Positions 48,172 through 57,306 of a stretch of DNA of 64,000 nucleotides are shown piece by piece; position 1 is the stretch's first letter; each line of letters begins with the position of its first letter. Under the pieces are notes generated by a model. The model did no database searches and was not told the origin of the DNA. It saw nothing but the letters and a program-made list of their open reading frames with translations. The stretch comes from an uncultured Candidatus Rokubacteria bacterium (GTDB lineage: Bacteria > Methylomirabilota > Methylomirabilia > Rokubacteriales > DASRDR01). The stretch is from positions 1,120,001 through 1,184,000 of the forward strand of contig CAWGVS010000005.1 of NCBI GenBank assembly GCA_963826115.1. Reading direction: 5' to 3'. Made by a program: the position numbers and the translations under genes.

Positions 48172-49608
48172 CTAGATGTCGTAGTAGAGCGCGAACTCGT
48201 GCGGATGCGGCCGGAGCCGGATCGCGTCGACCTCGTTTTTCCGCTTGTACTCGAGCCACGTCTCGATGAGGTCCGGCGTGAAGACGTCGCCCTTCAGCAG
48301 GAAGTCGTGGTCCTTCTCCAGGTTGTCGAGCACGACGTCGAGCGAGCCGGGGAGCTGCTTGATCGCCTTCTGCTCCTCCGCCGGCAGCTCGTAGAGGTCC
48401 TTGTCGATCGGCTGCCCCGGATCGATCTTGTTCACGATGCCGTCGAGCCCGGCCATGACGCAGGCCGCGAACGACAGGTACGGGTTGCAGGACGGATCGG
48501 GCGTACGGAACTCGATGCGCTTGGCCCTTTCCGACCGCGAATACACCGGGATCCGGATGCAGGCGGACCGGTTCCGCTGGCTGTACACCAGGTTGATCGG
48601 CGCCTCGTACCCCGGCACCAGCCGGCGGTAGGAGTTCGTCGACGGCGCGATGAACGCCAGCAGCGCGGGCGCGTGCTTCAGGATGCCGCCGATGTAGTGG
48701 AGGCACATCTTCGAGATGTCGGCGTAGCCGCCCACCTCGTAGAAGAGGTTCTTGCCGTTCTTCCACAGCGACTGGTGGGTGTGCATGCCGGATCCGTTGT
48801 CCTGGAACAGCGGCTTCGGCATGAACGTGACCGTCTTGCCGTGCTGCCGGGCGGTGTTCTTGGTGACGTACTTGTACCACATCACCCGGTCGGCCATCTT
48901 CGTGAGGGTATCGAACCGCATGTCGATCTCGGACTGCCCCGCGGTGGCCACCTCGTGGTGGTGCACCTCGATCCGCACGCCGACCTTCTCCAGGTTGAGC
49001 ACCATCTCCGACCGGAGGTCCTGGAAGTGGTCCATCGGCGGGACCGGGAAGTAGCCCTGCTTGTAGCGCGGGCGGTACCCCAGGCCCTCCTTCCCCGTGT
49101 TCCACGCCCCGGCCTCGGAATCGATCTGGTAGAAGCCGAAGTTGTGCCCCTGGTCGAACTTGATCGAATCGAAGATGAAGAACTCCAGCTCGGGGCCGAT
49201 GTAGACGGTGTCGGCGATGCCGGTCTGCTTCAGGAACAGCTCGGCCTTCTGGGCGACGTACCGGGGATCCCGGGTGTAGGCCTCCATCGTCACCGGGTCC
49301 TTGACGTTGCAGTTCAGGACGAGCGTCGGGACCGCGGTGAACGGGTCCATCTGCGCGGTGGTCGGATCGGGCATGAGGAGCATGTCCGACTCGTCGATCG
49401 TCTGGAATCCGCGGATCGACGACCCGTCGAAGCCGATACCCTCGGAGAACAGCTCCTCGTCGAGGTCGTGGGTCGGGATCGAGAAGTGCTGCCACAGCCC
49501 GGGGACGTCGATGAAGCGGAGATCGACGATCTTCGCCCCGCGCTCCTTGGCCGCGTGGATGACATCCTTCGGTGTCTTCGTCTCCAGCGGCTTCACATCA
49601 TCAGACAT
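48172..49608 (-). CDS. glnA: Glutamine synthetase type I (GSI-beta)
   Basis: [51 protein letters not shown], adenylylation site DKDLYEL; GGAGG RBS. Confidence 0.98.
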   Translation of the reverse strand: MSDDVKPLETKTPKDVIHAAKERGAKIVDLRFIDVPGLWQHFSIPTHDLDEELFSEGIGFDGSSIRGFQTIDESDMLLMPDPTTAQMDPFTAVPTLVLNCNVKDPVTMEAYTRDPRYVAQKAELFLKQTGIADTVYIGPELEFFIFDSIKFDQGHNFGFYQIDSEAGAWNTGKEGLGYRPRYKQGYFPVPPMDHFQDLRSEMVLNLEKVGVRIEVHHHEVATAGQSEIDMRFDTLTKMADRVMWYKYVTKNTARQHGKTVTFMPKPLFQDNGSGMHTHQSLWKNGKNLFYEVGGYADISKMCLHYIGGILKHAPALLAFIAPSTNSYRRLVPGYEAPINLVYSQRNRSACIRIPVYSRSERAKRIEFRTPDPSCNPYLSFAACVMAGLDGIVNKIDPGQPIDKDLYELPAEEQKAIKQLPGSLDVVLDNLEKDHDFLLKGDVFTPDLIETWLEYKRKNEVDAIRLRPHPHEFALYYDI

Positions 49609-49683
49609 GCAGGATCCTCCGTTGGACTGGTTGTCGGTTGTGGACACCGGCTCGCCGCGCCGGACCGCGAAGCGACCGCGCCG

Positions 49684-49712
49684 ATTCTAGCGAGCATCCC
49701 TTCCCTCTTCAA
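49684..49712 (-). promoter_or_regulatory. Sigma70 promoter of glnA
   Basis: TTGAAG-N17-TAGAAT. Confidence 0.65.
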
Positions 49713-49799
49713 TCGGCACCCGAGCAGGACAAGGCGCGCCGCCGGCCGTTCAGCCAGCAACACGCGGCAGCAACCCGATCACCCTCTGCACGTCCAGAA

Positions 49800-49815
49800 A
49801 GCAACCCGCGTGCCG
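49800..49815 (-). promoter_or_regulatory. Sigma54 promoter of glnA
   Basis: Minus strand CGGCACGCGGGTTGCT (GG-N10-GC). Confidence 0.75.
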
Positions 49816-49876
49816 CGGCCGCCGCCGGCTCGGGCCCCGAAATTCGCGCGGTTTCCGCGCCACCGCTCGCACGCCT

Positions 49877-49912
49877 TGCCGAATCCGTGGGCAGCTGCTC
49901 ACGCCGTGGGCA
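49877..49912. promoter_or_regulatory. Tandem NtrC-like boxes
   Basis: TGCCGAATCCGTGGGCA and TGCTCACGCCGTGGGCA, both 17-bp TGC-N11-GCA. Confidence 0.65.
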
Positions 49913-49926
49913 GGTCCGCCCCCGCG

Positions 49927-49955
49927 TTGACGATCCCGCCGGAGCCCGCTAGTGT
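49927..49955 (+). promoter_or_regulatory. Sigma70 promoter of the class III aminotransferase
   Basis: TTGACG-N17-TAGTGT. Confidence 0.55.
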
Positions 49956-50003
49956 CGGGACGAGAGCGCTGCCGTCCACCTCGACCAGAGAGGGAGTCCC
50001 ACG

Positions 50004-51319
50004 ATGAGCGTCGAACTCGAAGCGATGGAGGGCCGATCCCGTGATCTCCTCTCCACCGCCGCCACGGTCCTGCCCGGCGCGTGCCTCGGCCAGAACACGC
50101 TCCCGCCGGAGCTCTCCTTCGTCGTCGACCGCGGCGAGGGATCCCGGCTGATCGACCTGCGCGGGCGGTCCTACCTGGACTACGTGCTCGGATCTGGTCC
50201 CCTGCTCCTCGGGCACGCGCATCCGGCGATGGTGCGCGCGGTACAGGAGCAGGTCGCGCGAGGCTCCACCTTCTTCTGGCTCTCCGAGCCCTCGGTCCGG
50301 CTCGCCGAGATGGTGGTGCGCGCGGTGCCCTGCGCGGAGCAGGTTCGCTTCGTCTCCACCGGAACCGAGGCCACGATGTTCGCGTGCCGAATGGCGCGGA
50401 CCTTCACCCGCCGGGAGAAGATCCTGAAGTTCGAGGGCGGCTGGCACGGCTCCACGACTACGCCATGGTCGGGAACTGGCGCGTGCCGTCGGAGACTCCG
50501 TACCCCTACCCCGGCCCGGACATCGGCGGCGTCCCGCGCGGCGCGCTCGAGAGCGTCCTGGTCGCGCCCTTCAACGACCTCGCGACGACCGAGCGCATCG
50601 CGACCGAGCGGGGCGACGACCTGGCGGCGATCATCGTCGAGCCGCTCCAGCGCTCGATCCGGCCCGCGCCCGGCTTTCTGGCCGGTCTCCGCGACCTCAC
50701 GCGACCGCCTCGGCGCGCTCCTCATCTTCGACGAGGTCGTGACCGGGTTCCGCCTGGCCTACGGCGGCGCCCAGGAGCACTACGGGGTCTGCCCGACCTC
50801 GCCGTGTACGGCAAGGCCCTCACCTGCGGGTTCTCGCTGGCCGCCATCGCCGGGCGCGCCGACGTCATGGCCACGGCCGACCCGGCCCGGAAGGGCTCGC
50901 TCGACTACGCCGCGCTGTCGGGCACGCTCTCGGGCAACGCGCTCGCCTGCGCGGCCGGCGTCGCGGCGCTCGGCCGAGCTCGCGCGCCCCGGCGTCTACC
51001 AGCGGCTCCACGCGCTCGGCGAGCGCCTCCGGAGCGGCATCGCGCGCCGCGCTGAGCAGGTCGGGGTCCCCGTGCAGGTCCTGGCCGACGGTCCGATCGC
51101 CCAGGTGTTCTTCGTGGATCCCGACGCTGACCTGACGCAGCGACCGCGGCGCTCCGGGCGGCCGACGGCCGCAAGGCGACGCGCTTCGCGCTGGAATGCC
51201 TGCAGCGCGGCATCTTCACCCTGCCAGGAACGAAGCTCTACCTCTCGCTGGCGCACACGGACGCGGACGTCGACTGGACCCTCGACGTCATGGAAGAGGC
51301 GCTCCGCGCCGTGGCCTGA
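50004..51319 (+). CDS. Class III aminotransferase (glutamate-1-semialdehyde aminomutase-like), multiple indels
   Basis: YLDYVLGSGPLLLGHAHP, STGTEAT, KFEGGWHG | PFNDL, AAIIVEP | LIFDEVVTGFR | DLAVYGKAL, GTLSGN | KLYLSLAH spread over several frames. Confidence 0.85.
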
Positions 51320-51457
51320 CGGACGGAAAAACGGCGACGACGGCGACCGGCGCGCACCCACGATCGCGGAGAGCCGCATCTAGATGCGGGTCGGAGCGCC
51401 CTGTGTGAATCTTCTGCCCTTGCATGGCCTGGTGAAATGGGCTTAGGATCGGTCGCT

Positions 51458-52471
51458 GTGAAGCAGGGCGGTACGTCAGGCGGGCGACGAGGTCTCGAAC
51501 TCGGCTGGGGCCTCCCGAGCCGCGGACCGCTCGCCCGCGTCGACATCGTCACGCGGCTGGCCCGGACCGCGGACGCGCTCGGGTACTCCGTCGTCACGAT
51601 CTCCGACCACATCGTCCTGCCGTCCTCCTCGTCGGAGCCGTATCCGTACGACCGCACCGGCGCGTTCCCCGGCGGGTCAGCCCAGCCGTACCTCGAGCCG
51701 ATCGCCCTCGCCGCGTGGCTCCTGTCCGCCACTCGCCGCGTGCGCGTGGCCATCAGCGTGCTGGTCGTGCCCTACCGGAACCCCGTGGTCACCGCGAAGC
51801 AGCTCGCCACGATCGACGCGCTGTCCGGCGGGCGCCTCATCGTGGGCGTCGGCGTCGGCTGGTGGCGCGAGGAGTTCGAGGCGCTGGCCGCCCCGCCGTT
51901 CGAGGAGCGCGGGCCGGTCACCGACGAGTACATCCGGCTGATGAAGACCTTGTGGACCGAGGACGCCCCGCGGTTCGACGGCAAGCACTACCGGCTGCGC
52001 GACGTGACGATGCTGCCGCACCCCGTCCAGAAGCCGCATCCCCCGATCTGGGTCGGCGGCCACACCGAGCCCGCGCTCCGGCGCACGGCCGCGCTCGGCG
52101 ACGCCTGGCACCCGATCGGCCTCCGCGGGCCGGCCGGCCTCGCCCCCGACGAGCTCGCCGGGAAGGTCGCCCGGCTCCGCACGCTCGCTCGCGAGGCGGG
52201 TCGCGACCCGGCGGCCATCGGCGTCGCCTTCCGGGGCCCGCTCGATCTCTGGCCGGCGCGAGGCAAGCCGCCGGGGGACCCGCCGAGACCGCTCGCCGGC
52301 GGGCCCGACAAGATCGCCGCCGACCTCCGCGCCTACCAGGCCGCCGGCGTCGACACCGTCTGCTTCGACTTCCCGAAGCCGGATCCGGCGGCCATGGTCA
52401 CCCTCATGCGGCGCTTCGCCCGGGAAGTGCGGCCACGTCTCGCCCGTCGATCCACCCCACGCGGCCGATGA
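51458..52471 (+). CDS. LLM-class probable F420-dependent oxidoreductase
   Basis: [58 protein letters not shown]18-TAGGAT 8 nt before GTG 51458 (ATG 51437 is an alternative). Confidence 0.9.
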   Translation: [337 protein letters not shown]

Positions 52472-52887
52472 CCGCCACCCCGACGTTCGTCGCCGACGGC
52501 CGCGTGGCGCGCCTCGCCACGGTCGACGAGGCGGGGTACCCGCACGTCGTGCCCGTCTGCTACGCGACGGACGGCCAGGCCTACTACTCCCCGCTCGACG
52601 CCAAGCCCAAGAAGGCGCCCCTCGCCCGGTTGAAGCGCGTGCGGAACATCCAGGCCAACCCGCGCGTCGCCCTCCTCATCGACCACTACGAGGAGGACTG
52701 GTCGCGGCTCCGCTTCGTCATGGTGCAGGGCCGCGCCGAGCTCCTCGACGGCGGCGCGGAGTGGCGGACGGCGCGGAGCCTTCTCGAGGCGAAGTACCCC
52801 CAGTACCGCGGCCTTCCGCTCCCGCCGGACGGACCGGTCATCAAGATCGTCCCCGATCACGTCATCGGGTGGAGTCCCGCCCCGTGA
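52468..52887 (+). CDS. PPOX-class probable F420-dependent enzyme (Rv0121-like)
   Basis: RVARLATVD..G-PHVVPVC, DAKPK, KRVRNI-ANPRVALLIDHYEEDWSRL, KYPQY; ATGA overlap. Confidence 0.88.
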   Translation: MTATPTFVADGRVARLATVDEAGYPHVVPVCYATDGQAYYSPLDAKPKKAPLARLKRVRNIQANPRVALLIDHYEEDWSRLRFVMVQGRAELLDGGAEWRTARSLLEAKYPQYRGLPLPPDGPVIKIVPDHVIGWSPAP

Positions 52888-54089
52888 GCGCCGGCCACGC
52901 CCTCTCGTCCGCCGTCGCCGCCGCGCTCGAGAAGAGCGCGGCGGGGCGCGCTCTCGACCGGGCCGACGGCATCGCGCTCATCGAGGCGACGCCCCCCGAG
53001 CTCCCGGCCATCCTCGAGGCGGCCGCCACGCTCCGGGATCGCGGCAAGGGACGGACCGTCACCTACTCCCGCAAGGTGTTCCTGCCGCTCACGAACCTCT
53101 GCCGGGACGATTGCGGCTACTGCACGTTCAAGCGCGACCCCGGCCAGCCGGGCGCGCGCACGATGGAGCTCGACGAGGTCCTGGCCGTCTGCGAAGCCGG
53201 AGCGCGGCTCGGCTGCAAGGAGGCGCTGCTCTCGCTCGGCGACAAGCCCGAGGCGCGCTTTCCCGAGCACCGCGACTGGCTCCGCCACCGCGGGTACCGC
53301 ACGACGATGGACTACGTCGTCGCCGCGTCCCGCGCGATCGCGACCGAGACCGGGCTCCTGCCGCACGCGAATCCCGGCCTCATGAGCGAGCGCGACCTCC
53401 ACGCCCTGCGGGAGTGGAACGTCAGCGTCGGTCTCATGCTCGAGACCGCGTCCGACCGCCTCGCGGGCCCCGGCGGCCCCCACGAGCACGCGCCCGACAA
53501 GCGACCGGTCCGGCGGCTCCGGACGATCGAGGCGGCGGGCCGCGCGGGCATCGCGTTCACGACCGGCATCCTCTTCGGCATCGGCGAGACCCTCGCCGAG
53601 CGCGTGGAGGCGCTCCTGGCGATCCGCGAGATCCACGAGCGGCACGGGCACGTCCAGGAGGTCATCGTCCAGAACTTCCGGGCCAAGCCGACGATCCCCA
53701 TGGCCCGGCAGCCCGAGCCGTCGCTCGACGATCTCCGCCGGACCCTCGCGGTCGCGCGGCTCCTCCTGGGGCCGGCGATGAACGTGCAAGCTCCGCCGAA
53801 CCTCTCGCCGGGGACCTATCCGGCCCTGATCGCCTCGGGCCTGAACGACTGGGGAGGCGTGTCGCCCCTGACCATCGACTACATCAACCCCGAGGCGCCC
53901 TGGCCCCATCTCGCCGCGCTGGAGGCGGCGACCGCGGCAGCCGGTGCTCGCCTGCGAGAGCGGCTGGCCCTCTACCCCGAGTACATTCACCGTCCGGGCT
54001 TCGTCCCCGAGTCCCTGCGACCCCGCGTCCTCGCGTCGGTGGACGCCGCCGGGCTCGTCCCCGATCGCGTGGCGCCCGTGGCCATCTGA
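52884..54089 (+). CDS. cofG: FO synthase subunit CofG (radical SAM)
   Basis: TYSRKVFLPLTNLCRDDCGYCTF, GCKEAL, LLPHANPG, QEVIVQNF, QAPPNL, DWGGVSP, INPEAPWP. Confidence 0.96.
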   Translation: MSAGHALSSAVAAALEKSAAGRALDRADGIALIEATPPELPAILEAAATLRDRGKGRTVTYSRKVFLPLTNLCRDDCGYCTFKRDPGQPGARTMELDEVLAVCEAGARLGCKEALLSLGDKPEARFPEHRDWLRHRGYRTTMDYVVAASRAIATETGLLPHANPGLMSERDLHALREWNVSVGLMLETASDRLAGPGGPHEHAPDKRPVRRLRTIEAAGRAGIAFTTGILFGIGETLAERVEALLAIREIHERHGHVQEVIVQNFRAKPTIPMARQPEPSLDDLRRTLAVARLLLGPAMNVQAPPNLSPGTYPALIASGLNDWGGVSPLTIDYINPEAPWPHLAALEAATAAAGARLRERLALYPEYIHRPGFVPESLRPRVLASVDAAGLVPDRVAPVAI

Positions 54090-54126
54090 CGCTGGTGGAC
54101 GCCGGACGACAGGAGACCATGTGGCA

Positions 54127-55500
54127 ATGACGGACTCCTTCCTGGATCGATACTGGGCGGGTCTCGACCCCCGCGTGCGCGCCGGCCTCGACCGGGCGCT
54201 CGACGGCGATGAGGTCACGCTCGACGACGGGCTGGCCCTCGCCGAGGCGAACGGACGCGAGCTCGCCGCGCTGGCGCTGGTCGCCGACGAGCTACGCGCG
54301 CGGCAGGCAGGCGACGTGGTCACGTACGTCGTCAACCGGAACATCAACTTCACCAACGTCTGCATCAAGCACTGCACCTTCTGCGCCTTCAGCCGCGACC
54401 ACCGGGAGGAGGAAGGCTACTTCCTTCCGCTCGAGGAGGTGATCCGACGGGCACGGGAAGCCCAGGATCTCGGGGCCACCGAGGTGTGCATGCAGGCGGG
54501 ACTGGCACCGAAGCTCGACGGCCGCTTCTACATCGATCTGTGCCGGGCGGTCCACGAGGCGGTCCCCGACGTGCACATCCACGCGTTCTCCCCCGAGGAG
54601 GTGCTGTACGGCGTGACGCGGTCCGGGATGCCGGTCGCGGAGTACCTGGGCGAGCTGCGGGACGCCGGGCTGGGAACGCTTCCCGGCACGTCGGCCGAGA
54701 TCCTCGACGACCAGGTGCGCGATCAGATCTCCCGCGGCCGGATCACCACCCGCCAGTGGATCGAGATCATCACCACGGCCCACCGGCTGGGCATCCAGAC
54801 CACCTCCACCATGATGTACGGCCACGTCGAGACGCCGGCCCACTGGGTCCGGCACATGGCGCTCCTGCGTGACATCCAGAAGGACACGGGGGGATTCACG
54901 GAGTTCGTGCCCCTGTCGCTCATCCACCAGGAGGCGCCGATGTACCGCCGCCACCTGGTCGCGGACGTCCGGGCCGGGGCAACGGGCGCCGAGGTCGTGC
55001 GCGTGCACGCGCTCGCGCGACTCATGCTCGGAGCCACGATGCGCAACATCCAGTGCTCGTGGGTCAAGGAGGGACCCAAGCTCGCCCAGATGCTCCTCGC
55101 CTCAGGCGTCAACGACCTGGGCGGAACGCTCATCAATGAGAGCATCTCGACATCGGCCGGGGCCGGGCACGGTCAGCTCGTGCCGCCTCGGGAACTTCGA
55201 CGGCTGGTGCGCGATCTCGGTCGAATTCCCGCCCAGCGGAGCACGACGTACGGTATTCTCAAGCTCTACGCCGACGGGCGCGACGACGACACGAGTCCGC
55301 TGGATGCCGTCGAGAACCCCGACGAGCAGTTCGGTTCGTACCGCCGGCTCACCGCGTCAGGCCAGTTCCGTTTCGCCCAGGCGAAGCCACCCGGCTTGGC
55401 CCGGAGCGCGATGGCGCCGGCGGGCGCAGGAGGTCGGCTCGGAGAAGCTAGCGAAGCTCCACAGCCACCCGTTCGCGGTGGCGTCACCACCACACCCTGA
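54127..55500 (+). CDS. cofH: FO synthase subunit CofH (radical SAM)
   Basis: VTYVVNRNINFTNVCIKHCTFCAF, HAFSPEE, PGTSAEILDD, FTEFVPL, NIQCSWVKEG, DLGGTLINESIS; adjacent to cofG. Confidence 0.95.
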   Translation: MTDSFLDRYWAGLDPRVRAGLDRALDGDEVTLDDGLALAEANGRELAALALVADELRARQAGDVVTYVVNRNINFTNVCIKHCTFCAFSRDHREEEGYFLPLEEVIRRAREAQDLGATEVCMQAGLAPKLDGRFYIDLCRAVHEAVPDVHIHAFSPEEVLYGVTRSGMPVAEYLGELRDAGLGTLPGTSAEILDDQVRDQISRGRITTRQWIEIITTAHRLGIQTTSTMMYGHVETPAHWVRHMALLRDIQKDTGGFTEFVPLSLIHQEAPMYRRHLVADVRAGATGAEVVRVHALARLMLGATMRNIQCSWVKEGPKLAQMLLASGVNDLGGTLINESISTSAGAGHGQLVPPRELRRLVRDLGRIPAQRSTTYGILKLYADGRDDDTSPLDAVENPDEQFGSYRRLTASGQFRFAQAKPPGLARSAMAPAGAGGRLGEASEAPQPPVRGGVTTTP

Positions 55501-55514
55501 GAGGAGGCGGTTCA

Positions 55515-55814
55515 ATGGCGAAAGGCGTCATGACGAAGGCGGGAACGGTGAGCCACCTGGCCGAGAAGACGGGCCTGAGCAAGAAGCAGGTGGCCGCGTT
55601 CATGGATGAGATCCAGGCACTGGCCGTCAAGGAAGCGAAGAAGAACGGTGCCTTTGTCATTCCGGGCGTCGGCAAGGTCGTCCTGTCGAACCGGAAGGCG
55701 CGCATGGGCCGCAACCCGCAGACCGGCGAGCCGATCAAGATCGCGGCGAAGCGGGTCGTGCGCATCCGCGCGGTCAAGGTCCTCAAGGACGCGATCCTCG
55801 GCGCGAAGAAGTAG
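55515..55814 (+). CDS. hup: HU family DNA-binding protein
   Basis: KTGLSKKQV, RKARMGRNPQTGEPIKIAAK; RBS GAGGAGG. Confidence 0.95.
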   Translation: MAKGVMTKAGTVSHLAEKTGLSKKQVAAFMDEIQALAVKEAKKNGAFVIPGVGKVVLSNRKARMGRNPQTGEPIKIAAKRVVRIRAVKVLKDAILGAKK

Positions 55815-55825
55815 CGCCGGGCCAT

Positions 55826-56377
55826 ATGCCGCGGTCGGCACGGCGGCCGGGCCCCCCGGCAGCCGCGCCGGCTCCGATCGCCTCGGAGCCCCGCATCTGG
55901 CAGGGTCTGGTGTACCAGCCCTGTCAGGGCGGGGCTCCTGCGGTCAGGCAGCTCTTCGAGTACGCGGGCGCGTTCGCGCCCGACCCGGAGCCAGGAGAGA
56001 TGGCGTGGGAAGCTCGGGTCGGCGACCAGGTCATCGGCGGCGTCCTCTGCGAGCGCCGCGACGCCGCGGGGTTCATCCACGGACCGGTCGTCGTGGACCC
56101 GCCGGAGGGCGCCGAGCCGATAGAGGTCGCCGCCCAGCTGGTCGCCCCGCTCATCGACGCCGCCCGGGCGATTCCGCTCGACTCGCTCTTCACCCGACCC
56201 CAGGGGCTCGACCGCGTCTGGGTGCGGCTGGGATTCGTGCCGATGCCGGAGGCCTTCGTCCCCGTCGCCCTGCGCGGGCGGCCCGGATCCGGCCTCCATG
56301 TGTGGCGCCGTCCCGGCACCTACGCGGTCCCCGTGCCCGACCCCGATGGGGAGGGCCGGCGGCGCGGCCGCCGATGA
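55826..56377 (+). CDS. Hypothetical protein, possible degenerate GNAT fold
   Basis: GDQVIGGVLCE...GFIHGPVVV...LIDAAR...SLFT...WVRLGFVP resembles ArgA-type GNAT strands; ATGA overlap with cofD. Confidence 0.6.
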   Translation: MPRSARRPGPPAAAPAPIASEPRIWQGLVYQPCQGGAPAVRQLFEYAGAFAPDPEPGEMAWEARVGDQVIGGVLCERRDAAGFIHGPVVVDPPEGAEPIEVAAQLVAPLIDAARAIPLDSLFTRPQGLDRVWVRLGFVPMPEAFVPVALRGRPGSGLHVWRRPGTYAVPVPDPDGEGRRRGRR

Positions 56378-57306
56378 TCGTCGCCCTCGCCGGCGGCACC
56401 GGCGCCGCCAAGCTCCTCCGCGGGCTCGCCCACGTGACGGATCCTGCGAGGCTCTTCGTCGTCGGCAACACGGGAGACGACCTCGACTGGTGGGGGCTCC
56501 GCGTCTGCCCCGACCTCGATTCGGTCGCCTACGGACTTGCCGGTCTTCTCGACGCGACCCGCGGCTGGGGCGTGCGCGACGACACATTCCATTGCCTGGA
56601 CGCGATGGGGCGGCTCGGGCGCGAGACGTGGTTCCGTCTCGGCGATCGCGACCTGGCCACGCACCTCCACCGGACTCTGCTCCTCCGCGACGGCGCGTCT
56701 CTCAGCGCCGCCACCCGCGCGCTCGCCGAAGGGCTCGGCGTGACCTCGCGGCTCGTGCCGATGTCCGATGACGCGGTCCGGACGGAGCTCCGGACCGGCG
56801 CCGGCTGGCTCACGCTCGAGGAGTTCTTCGTGCGCGAGCGGTGCGCCCCGGAGGTCCTGGACGTCGCGTACCGGGGGGCAGACGTCGCCCGGCCCGCCCC
56901 CGACGTCCTCGACGCGATCGACAGCGCCGAGGCGGTGGTCGTGTGCTGCTCGAACCCCGTGACGTCGATCGGCCCGATCCTCGCGGTCCCGGGGATCGTC
57001 GACGCGCTCGTCGGGACCGCGGCGCCCGTGGTCGCGGTGAGCCCCATCGTCGGCGGACAGGCGGTCAGCGGCCCCGCCGCCAAGCTGCTCCGGGCGCGGG
57101 GCCTCGAGGTGTCCCCGCTGGGCGTGGCCCGAGCCTACCGGCCGTGGCTGGATGCGCTCGTCATCGACTCCGTGGACGCGTCGCACGCCCCCGCCCTCAG
57201 CCGCGACGGGGTGCGGCCGGTCCTCGCCGACGCCCTCATGCGCGATGCCCCCGCTGAGGCTCGGCTGGCGCGCACGGTCCTGGACGCGGTCGGGGTCGCG
57301 GCGTGA
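56374..57306 (+). CDS. cofD: 2-phospho-L-lactate transferase (F420 biosynthesis)
   Basis: ALAGGTGAAKL, GNTGDD, VCPDLDSV-Y, WFRLGDRDLATH-HRT, PMSDD, SNPVTSIGPIL, VSPI, SGPA. Confidence 0.96.
   Translation: MIVALAGGTGAAKLLRGLAHVTDPARLFVVGNTGDDLDWWGLRVCPDLDSVAYGLAGLLDATRGWGVRDDTFHCLDAMGRLGRETWFRLGDRDLATHLHRTLLLRDGASLSAATRALAEGLGVTSRLVPMSDDAVRTELRTGAGWLTLEEFFVRERCAPEVLDVAYRGADVARPAPDVLDAIDSAEAVVVCCSNPVTSIGPILAVPGIVDALVGTAAPVVAVSPIVGGQAVSGPAAKLLRARGLEVSPLGVARAYRPWLDALVIDSVDASHAPALSRDGVRPVLADALMRDAPAEARLARTVLDAVGVAA

Noticed and set aside
49609-49790. Glutamine (glnA) riboswitch in the glnA leader
   Set aside because: I could not match a consensus; the region is explained by sigma70 and sigma54 promoter motifs
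54127-55500. MqnC/MqnE (futalosine pathway) assignment for the second radical SAM gene
   Set aside because: Position after cofG and near cofD/cofC/cofE, plus the NIQCSWVKEG and INESIS motifs, favour CofH
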